DNA of 40,307 bases, taken from assembly GCA_947174215.1 (NCBI GenBank), contig CAMWIB010000001.1:1-40307 (forward strand), written 5' to 3'. This document shows, piece by piece, positions 8,092 through 13,865 of this stretch (position 1 is its first letter; every line of letters begins with the position of its first letter). The notes beneath the pieces are model-generated. The model saw nothing but the letters and a program-made list of their open reading frames with translations. It was not told the origin of the DNA and did no database searches. The stretch comes from an uncultured Clostridia bacterium. Its GTDB lineage: Bacteria; Bacillota; Clostridia; Christensenellales; CAG-917. Both the position numbers and the translations under genes were made by a program.

Positions 8092-8865
8092 TTATTCGTT
8101 CTCTTCCCCGTTTTCCTCTTTGCTTTCCTCTTCCTTATTCTCGTTCTCGCTCTCGTCCTTATTCTCTTCTTCGGCCTTGTTCTCTGCGCCGTTTTGGCTT
8201 GCGAGATACTCCTCTATCGCCTTTCTCTTAATTTCCTCTTCGTCAATAGCGCCGCCACCGTTCGCCTTTACCTTTTCCATCTTCCACTGGAATATCATAC
8301 GAATGAACATTGCGATATTCCACAGGAACAGCAAGCCAAGCGGCAATACGATTATGAGCAGGAAATGCGTAGGCTCTTGCAACCAGCTTATCGACTTACC
8401 AACACCCTTCAAGTGCGACTTGTATACCGCAAGTACGTTGTAGGGGTTGACCGTTTCGTTGCTACCCTCCGGGTTTGCGTCACCGTGAGTGATATACGTA
8501 AGCGCATTTCCGTCGCTATCTCTTACAACCTCGATAATTCTGTGGGTAATAAGCGCGTCGTAGCCGTTTATACTTCCCTTAAAGGTGATTATCTGTCCCT
8601 CTTGCAGTTGCAGGACGTTCTTTGGATTGCCCGCAATAACCAAATCGCCTTCCTTGAAGCTGTCCTTCTGGTCGCCGTCCATTGAGCCTGTCAAAACGGG
8701 CAATAGCTTTACTCCGCCCTTTGCCACGTTTGCGGATACGGGATTCGGATTGGCGATGATGATTGCCGACGCTATAATCGCAATCAAAACGACCACAACC
8801 TCGACGCTCGTCACGACGATATCTATTATCTTCTTTTGCTTTGGTGTAAGTGTAAGTTTCTTCAT
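8092..8865 (-). CDS. sipW: Signal peptidase I, SipW/ER-type (S26B-like), paralog 2, with a second TM helix and acidic tail
   Basis: The ORF track starts at a TTG at 8892, but the ATG at 8865 is preceded by GAAGGAG at 5-nt spacing, so I use 8865. TM helix, Ser box VLTGSMDG, His box ITHRII, THGDANPEGSNE. A second TM helix (FLLIIVLPLGLLFLWNIAMFI) is followed by EEIKRKAIEEYL and an E/N/K-rich tail. Confidence 0.85.
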   Translation of the reverse strand: MKKLTLTPKQKKIIDIVVTSVEVVVVLIAIIASAIIIANPNPVSANVAKGGVKLLPVLTGSMDGDQKDSFKEGDLVIAGNPKNVLQLQEGQIITFKGSINGYDALITHRIIEVVRDSDGNALTYITHGDANPEGSNETVNPYNVLAVYKSHLKGVGKSISWLQEPTHFLLIIVLPLGLLFLWNIAMFIRMIFQWKMEKVKANGGGAIDEEEIKRKAIEEYLASQNGAENKAEEENKDESENENKEEESKEENGEENE

Positions 8866-9140
8866 GTTGCTCCTTCTGTCACAATTTTTCAACTGTGCGC
8901 TATATAAGGCGGCTTTCGCCGATAATTTTCCTCTTTATCCCGACAATACCCGTCCGCAGACGGCACTGTCTACACTGTATCGCGTGCGAGTACACGCTCG
9001 CGCCTTACGCACGCATACGCGCGTAAAAAAATAAATGAATAACAAGCATTCTCTGGGACCCCGCAAACGTCCTCTAAGGGGTACCCGCGAAACCTCCGCG
9101 TTTCGTGGGGTAAATTTGTAGGGTTGATAAAATGCTTATT

Positions 9141-9175
9141 CCAACCTCTGCGCGCACACTGCACGCAGAGGTTGG
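9141..9175 (-). terminator. Hairpin (terminator or attenuator) after the candidate major-subunit gene
   Basis: Perfect 12-bp stem CCAACCTCTGCG (9141-9152) / CGCAGAGGTTGG (9164-9175), 51 nt downstream of the stop at 9226. The minus-strand 3' flank AATAAGCATTTTATC is only moderately U-rich. Confidence 0.55.
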
Positions 9176-9225
9176 TAAGTAATCAGATAGTCAATTTTGT
9201 AAATAGGTAACGTTTGTTACTTAGA

Positions 9226-10179
9226 TTAGTCGTTGTTTGCAGCAGCTACACCGCTAAACATCACCGTAAACAATGCACCGGTTCCTGCATAAGCGTTGGT
9301 GTGGCTGTCGCCTTCAAACCAAGCAACGAGTTGAACTTGTACGCCACCCATTGGTGCAACACTTGAAACAACGTTTTCAGCAGTGCCGCTTGCAGTTGCC
9401 GTATAGTTGCTGTGTGCCGCAGGCGTATCTCCTGCCGCAGGACCACCTGCGCCAATCGTGATATTTGCATATTGGACAGCCGCTTGCTCTGACGAAGCCC
9501 AAGTTCCAACATACTTTCCGTCAATAAACATAGCAACTCTCAGGAACGGATTTGCCTTCAATTCATAGTAAGTAGTGCCAGCTTCCGCAGTTGCACCAGT
9601 TTGAGTCGCTTCATAAGCGTCACCGTTCTTCGTATAAAGTCCTTCGACGGATTCGCCCGCATTAACAGCCTTCTCCGCATAGTAGTTAGGATTGATAGTA
9701 ACGGCAGCCGAAATTCCGCTGGCGACACCACCGACGTTGGTTACGTAGAAGCTATCTTGCTCCACTGCCGATGAGCCTGAACCTTTAACATCAGTAATAG
9801 CCGCAACTTGTGTTGTCGTAGGCGCAGAAGCATAATTGCCTGCGTTATCGACAGTATATGTAATAAATGCGGCTTTGAAATCTGCATACGTAGTTGTGCC
9901 AACAACAGGTGCAGTTGCCGAATTGTACATAGCAGGATTGATTGCCTGATTCATGGTGATGTCTACCGAAGATTGGTTAGCAGTACTGCTGGTAGCCTTT
10001 GCAGTGTCGATAACCAAAGATGCACTGGTAGAATTTGCCGACGTAACAAGCGTTTCGGTAACCGTAGCGTTGCTTTGCGCCGTATACCATGCAAAGGTTG
10101 CAGTGGACAGTGCAACGACAAGGAGTAACACCATTACGATGGTGGTTACTACCATAGATTTTTTCATTGTCTTTTTCAT
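9226..10179 (-). CDS. TasA/camelysin-like secreted protein, candidate major fibre subunit
   Basis: The ORF track starts at 10191, but the ATG at 10179 is preceded by GGAGAAAGTT (an RBS), giving MKKTMKKSMVVTTIVMVLLLVVALSTATFAWYTAQSN. The body is rich in A/T/S/G/V. Family motifs RVAMFIDGKY and VQLVAWFEGDSHTN...FTVMF. It is the only family gene with its own long upstream regulatory region and a downstream strong hairpin. Confidence 0.75.
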   Translation of the reverse strand: MKKTMKKSMVVTTIVMVLLLVVALSTATFAWYTAQSNATVTETLVTSANSTSASLVIDTAKATSSTANQSSVDITMNQAINPAMYNSATAPVVGTTTYADFKAAFITYTVDNAGNYASAPTTTQVAAITDVKGSGSSAVEQDSFYVTNVGGVASGISAAVTINPNYYAEKAVNAGESVEGLYTKNGDAYEATQTGATAEAGTTYYELKANPFLRVAMFIDGKYVGTWASSEQAAVQYANITIGAGGPAAGDTPAAHSNYTATASGTAENVVSSVAPMGGVQVQLVAWFEGDSHTNAYAGTGALFTVMFSGVAAANND

Positions 10180-10257
10180 AACTTTCTCCATTTTTTATTT
10201 CTTTTTTATTTAACGGTCCGCGGGAATGATTTGGTTGTTTATCGCTGATTGCGCAAA

Positions 10258-10380
10258 TTAAGGTTTTGTGTCGGGTGCTTGCTCCTTATATAAAAGTCGC
10301 AAACAACATATTTCCGCTTTCACAGTCCCGTCATTTACGCCATTGACCATCCTAATTATCCCGAAGTCCGTTTTTTTCAT
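10258..10380 (-). CDS. Candidate 40-aa small ORF or leader peptide upstream of the major-subunit gene
   Basis: Not in the ORF track because it is too short. AGGAG lies 6 nt upstream of the ATG at 10380. Translation: MKKTDFGIIRMVNGVNDGTVKAEICCLRLLYKEQAPDTKP, stop TAA at 10258-10260. Its 48-nt leader is a paralog of the leader of the 540-aa gene, with identical motif-to-ATG spacing. There is no homology evidence. Confidence 0.3.
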   Translation of the reverse strand: MKKTDFGIIRMVNGVNDGTVKAEICCLRLLYKEQAPDTKP

Positions 10381-10398
10381 TTTTTGCTCCTATATATA

Positions 10399-10428
10399 GC
10401 GTTTATTACGCATATATTGCATTTTACA
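10399..10428 (-). promoter_or_regulatory. Repeated 30-nt leader/promoter-like module, copy A
   Basis: GCGTTTATTACGCATATATTGCATTTTACA matches copy C (12221-12250) at 26 of 30 positions. It sits exactly 18 nt from the sORF start codon. The minus-strand reading has an AT-rich core (TGCAATATAT) that could act as a -10 element or an operator. Confidence 0.45.
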
Positions 10429-10444
10429 GTTGCCGCTATACCCC

Positions 10445-10469
10445 ATTTACTGCGTATATATCGCGTTTT
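10445..10469 (-). promoter_or_regulatory. Repeated leader/promoter-like module, copy B
   Basis: ATTTACTGCGTATATATCGCGTTTT matches copy C (12223-12247) at 22 of 25 positions. It lies in tandem with copy A, 16 nt away. Confidence 0.4.
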
Positions 10470-10476
10470 TGCCCAT

Positions 10477-10571
10477 ACGTGATGAGTTTTACGCTTATTT
10501 TTTGCATTTTCGCATACTCACTTTATTTACACACTTTTCTCACTTTTGTGCGAACGTAATGAGTTTTGCGC
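10477..10571. repeat. Pair of 18-nt direct repeats in the regulatory region
   Basis: ACGTGATGAGTTTTACGC (10477-10494) and ACGTAATGAGTTTTGCGC (10554-10571) are identical at 16 of 18 positions. Their starts are 77 nt apart. Confidence 0.5.
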
Positions 10572-10579
10572 GTTTGCGG

Positions 10580-12202
10580 CTATTTTGCAAGCGGAAGCTT
10601 TTTTGCTCCCTTGATTGCGTTTTGTATTATTCTTACAGGGCTGCCAACTATATCGCCCTCGATATTTTCCATTCCGTGAGAAAGGAAATATTTTGCTTCT
10701 TTGACCGAATTCACGTAGATTGCAGAGGTCCTTATACCCTGAACCTTGGCGTATCCCAACACCATATCGAGATGTGCGGTCTTTTTTACGTCCTCTTCCT
10801 TATAATAACGGGCGTCGAAGCGCAGATAGTCGATATTATATTCAGTCAGAACCTTCAAGCCTGCGTTCTCGGTGTTGTCTATCATTATCTTTACACCGTT
10901 TTCGGCAAGCTGTCTTATTCCAAACAAACCCCTATCTCCCAAAGCTTCAAGCAAGGCGCAGTCGAAAGCCAAAACCAGATTGCCGTTTTCCGTCTTTGCG
11001 CTCTTGATAAGCCTCTTCAATATATCGTCCTTTATAAGCAAACGCGCCGATGCCTGCGTAACGAATACCGTATTCGGGTTTTCGTCGCAGTCGCTTGCCG
11101 TCTGCTTTACGCTAAGGAGATTGAGCGTTTCTATTCTCTCGCTACCCTCTGCAACCGCAAAAAACTGCTGAGGAAGCATCTTTCCCAAGAATTTGTCGTT
11201 GAGAACCTGTTGCACCGTAACGTACGCAATTTCGTTCTCATTCGTGCGCGCCGCGTTATAGAAGTACACGATAGGCTCCGTCAGCGCAACCGCACCCTTT
11301 ATCGTCGTAGCCTGCTGTCTGAGAGCTTCGAGCTTTTCCCTGCCTTCCTTTTCTTCGAGGTCGAAGTCGTCACCCATAAGCTCGGCGACTATATCCTTAT
11401 ATAATTCGCCTTCTATCGGCTCGTATTCCTTGCCGTCGAACTCGCCCTCTTCGGGCTGTATCTCCTCAAAGCCATCTAAGACGGCTTCGGGATTGAATGG
11501 ATATCTCTCCGCATACGCGACGGGAACGTAGTAGTCCTTCTTCGTCAGTTCGTACTTCTCAGCAAGGGTTTTTAGGATATCTAACGCACTCTTTATAGAT
11601 TTTCCGTCTTTTTCACGCTTGACGTCAGTCGTACCGTTAAGAGCGGAAATTCTAAGCATTTTATCCTCAACGGAAAGAGCAAGAATACACTCTCCGTTTA
11701 TGTAAAACCTCTCCTGTTTGCTTATAAAACGTCTTTTTACGTCCGCGTATGCGAGCAACTCGTTTTTAATCTTGCCGTACGCAAGCTTGACCGAGTTGGG
11801 CGCAAGGCGCAACCTGTTTTCAAATACGTTTTTGAGTATCTCTCTGCCATACGCGTCGTACGCACCGCTTACGCCAATCTCGTCCGCGTCCTCTTCGGTG
11901 TCGTTGGCATTATACTCTACTTCTTCCTCTGCCTCTTCAACAGCTTCTGCAACTTCGGCAACCTCGGCAACATCTGCAACTTCATTGCTTGACTCGGCTT
12001 CGATTCTTTTGCTTGCAAATTCGTCGGCGTTTTGCTCTGTTTCGACAGATTCGGCGGATTTTACATCCATTTCGATATCATTAAGTACCGTTTCAACAGT
12101 ATTGACATTCGCTTCCTCTGTTTCAACAGATTGCGTGAATGCTTCCTCCGTTTTGGCAGAATCCGCGTTTATTTCCGCTTTTTCGACAATATCCGCTTGC
12201 AT
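10580..12202 (-). CDS. Cytoplasmic protein with an acidic N-terminus, an unknown middle domain and a C-terminal degenerate EAL-like domain
   Basis: 540 aa; RBS AAGGGG 6 nt upstream of the ATG; no signal peptide. The C-terminal ~240 aa (nt ~10583-11305) are colinear with EAL-domain blocks, but the catalytic residues are replaced:
- FFAVAEGSERI corresponds to FIxxAEExGLI.
- VKIMIDNTENAG corresponds to the ialDDFGtG block.
- DYLRFDARYY corresponds to the dxlKiD block.
- IRTSAIYVNSV corresponds to the vvAEGVEt block.
- IEGDIVGSP corresponds to the QGyxfsxP block. Confidence 0.55.
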   Translation of the reverse strand: MQADIVEKAEINADSAKTEEAFTQSVETEEANVNTVETVLNDIEMDVKSAESVETEQNADEFASKRIEAESSNEVADVAEVAEVAEAVEEAEEEVEYNANDTEEDADEIGVSGAYDAYGREILKNVFENRLRLAPNSVKLAYGKIKNELLAYADVKRRFISKQERFYINGECILALSVEDKMLRISALNGTTDVKREKDGKSIKSALDILKTLAEKYELTKKDYYVPVAYAERYPFNPEAVLDGFEEIQPEEGEFDGKEYEPIEGELYKDIVAELMGDDFDLEEKEGREKLEALRQQATTIKGAVALTEPIVYFYNAARTNENEIAYVTVQQVLNDKFLGKMLPQQFFAVAEGSERIETLNLLSVKQTASDCDENPNTVFVTQASARLLIKDDILKRLIKSAKTENGNLVLAFDCALLEALGDRGLFGIRQLAENGVKIMIDNTENAGLKVLTEYNIDYLRFDARYYKEEDVKKTAHLDMVLGYAKVQGIRTSAIYVNSVKEAKYFLSHGMENIEGDIVGSPVRIIQNAIKGAKKLPLAK

Positions 12203-12220
12203 TTATTTCCCCTTATTATT

Positions 12221-12250
12221 GCGTTTACTGCGTATATATTGCATTTTACG
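12221..12250 (-). promoter_or_regulatory. Repeated 30-nt leader/promoter-like module, copy C
   Basis: GCGTTTACTGCGTATATATTGCATTTTACG sits exactly 18 nt from the ATG of the 540-aa gene and overlaps the stop of the upstream 227-aa gene. Confidence 0.45.
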
Positions 12251-12929
12251 CTTGTTCTGCACCTTCCTCGTCGGTTTCGGGAACGACGACTACCTGTATG
12301 GTGACCTGTATCTTTTCCGCATTCCTTATGCTTGGATAGCAGAGGTCGTCAACCTGTCTGAGATACATCGTGGTGTTAAGCGTTATATCCGCACTGTCGT
12401 CCACGGTGAATTTGGTTTTTGACGGCGTTTTCCAATCGTCTTTGGTTATGGAGAACGTATTCATCTCTCCGTTGCCGCCGATATACTTCCATTCAAACTC
12501 TATTTCCACGCTTAAATCATATTCCAGACTGAGCTTTTCCTTGCTTCCGTCGGCGAAAACCATATATACGTCGCAAGTTATCGCCATTTCCGCCTTATTC
12601 GATTGCTTATCGCTTTCGTTCTTGTAGCGGAGCATACTTTCCTTGCTCACGACGGTCGCGGCTTCCACCACGTTTTCACCTACTTCAAGCACGTTAAAGT
12701 TCAATACGTTATCAGTTATCGCGCCTTTTTTGGCTACTGCGGGCTTAATTGCGTCAAGCGTATATTCGTTTTCATCGAAGTACACGACGAGGTATCCGTC
12801 GGCGCTCATTTTGAACTGATTATCCGCGCCCGCGCTACTCGTATACCACGCAAAAGCGACTCCGATTGCGGCAACGCACAGCGTAATTGCAAGGCATACG
12901 GTGATTATAATGAGAGATTTCTTTTTCAC
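12246..12929 (-). CDS. Divergent secreted protein with SipW-type signal peptide
   Basis: 227 aa. GTG start preceded by GGAGG at 9-nt spacing. Signal MKKKSLIIITVCLAITLCVAAIGVAFAWYTSSAG. It overlaps the upstream gene's stop by 4 nt (GTGA). Confidence 0.65.
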   Translation of the reverse strand: MKKKSLIIITVCLAITLCVAAIGVAFAWYTSSAGADNQFKMSADGYLVVYFDENEYTLDAIKPAVAKKGAITDNVLNFNVLEVGENVVEAATVVSKESMLRYKNESDKQSNKAEMAITCDVYMVFADGSKEKLSLEYDLSVEIEFEWKYIGGNGEMNTFSITKDDWKTPSKTKFTVDDSADITLNTTMYLRQVDDLCYPSIRNAEKIQVTIQVVVVPETDEEGAEQA

Positions 12930-13702
12930 TCGTCCGCACCTCCGCCTTCAACCGTGCCGCCCTCTACGATATGCGCGGCGATTCCGACCTCGACCGTAGC
13001 GGTGAACACCGCCTTCATATTCTCATAGCCGCAATACGCAAAAGCCTCGACTTCATCATATTCCTCACTAAGCCAATGTGCGTAACTTACTTCGTCAAGA
13101 AATATCAGCTTGAATATCAGCTCCACCGTGACAGCCTCGGGAACTTCGTAGTAAACGAGTTCTCCGCCCGCCTCGCGGCAAAGAAAGCCGTCCTTGTCGG
13201 GACCGTACGACTCACCGTCTATCTCTATACGCCAAGTAAAACAGTCCAAAATCTCGGGCGTACCGTCATTTCCCACCGAGCTTACGTGTTCACCCGTAGA
13301 GCGGGCAATCTGCATTGCAGAGATTCTTGCAGTCATCGCAGAATCACTTCCCAAAGGGCTGAACGTAACGGTAAGTTTCTTGGCGACCACGTAGGGAGCG
13401 TCAACTCCGTCGAATTCGTCGCCATCGTAACCCTGCCCCGTTTCACCTTTATACAGTTTAGGCTCGAAAGGCTCCTCGTTTTCGATAAAGGTATTCGCGC
13501 CCGCCGCGGCGGTTATAGTCGTAGCCGTCGTATCCACTCTCGTCTGAGAAACGAACCAAGCATAAGTAGTCACGGTCAGAGCAAGCACAATCGCGACGAC
13601 GAGTATTTGGATTGAGATTACGATAACCTTCTTTTTCACGCCAATTTGTCCATTATTTTTAGAGTAACACAAGAAAAATCGAATTACAAGGGGAATTTTC
13701 AT
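12926..13702 (-). CDS. Divergent secreted protein with SipW-type signal peptide
   Basis: 258 aa from the first ATG. It contains VKKKVIVISIQILVVAIVLALTVTTYAWFVSQT. By analogy with the paralogs, the GTG at 13639 may be the real start. Neither start has a clear RBS. Confidence 0.6.
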   Translation of the reverse strand: MKIPLVIRFFLCYSKNNGQIGVKKKVIVISIQILVVAIVLALTVTTYAWFVSQTRVDTTATTITAAAGANTFIENEEPFEPKLYKGETGQGYDGDEFDGVDAPYVVAKKLTVTFSPLGSDSAMTARISAMQIARSTGEHVSSVGNDGTPEILDCFTWRIEIDGESYGPDKDGFLCREAGGELVYYEVPEAVTVELIFKLIFLDEVSYAHWLSEEYDEVEAFAYCGYENMKAVFTATVEVGIAAHIVEGGTVEGGGADE

Positions 13703-13784
13703 AAATATTGAACAATATGTTTAAGATTATCGAACAGCTGTCTGATAATATCAAACAAAATGTATAAAAAAATCGCCTTGGGTA

Positions 13785-13813
13785 TTGACATCTGCGCACG
13801 CTTATATTATTTT
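13785..13813 (+). promoter_or_regulatory. Candidate promoter of the giant-gene operon
   Basis: TTGACA at 13785-13790, a 17-nt spacer, then TATTTT at 13808-13813 inside an AT-rich tract. The -10 element is imperfect. Confidence 0.35.
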
Positions 13814-13832
13814 ATTATATAGTGTATAAAAA

Positions 13833-13858
13833 GATAGCGCGCTATCGTCTACACTGTA
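13833..13858. promoter_or_regulatory. Candidate operator or 5'-UTR element: a perfect 14-bp palindrome plus TACAcTGTA
   Basis: GATAGCGCGCTATC (13833-13846) is a perfect palindrome. It is followed directly by GTCTACACTGTA (13847-13858), whose core TACAcTGTA is an inverted repeat. Both lie between the putative -10 element and the RBS. Confidence 0.4.
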
Positions 13859-13865
13859 AGGGGAA

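Noticed and set aside
9050-9125. Possible c-di-GMP-I (GEMM) riboswitch, suggested by the plus-strand strings CCGCAAACG and GCGAAACCTCCGCG
   Set aside because: The resemblance covers only two short conserved strings. There is no GNRA-tetraloop hairpin between them. The match is on the plus strand, where there is no downstream gene to regulate. A covariance-model scan is needed, so I do not call it.
10950-10965. A literal E-A-L tripeptide (LLEALGD) in the 540-aa protein
   Set aside because: By block order it aligns with the E-x-x-E region of EAL domains, not with the signature EAL motif. The true signature position reads TVQ. It cannot be used as evidence of activity.
714-13615. Plus-strand ORFs overlapping the minus-strand cluster (e.g. 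714-1331, 1401-2354, 2382-3215, 10430-11404, 11718-12422, 12971-13615)
   Set aside because: Each is antisense to a minus-strand CDS that has clear domain motifs and an RBS. Their translations are L/F/S-rich with no motifs. The coiled-coil gene in particular yields open antisense frames because of its GAA, AAG and CTC repeats.
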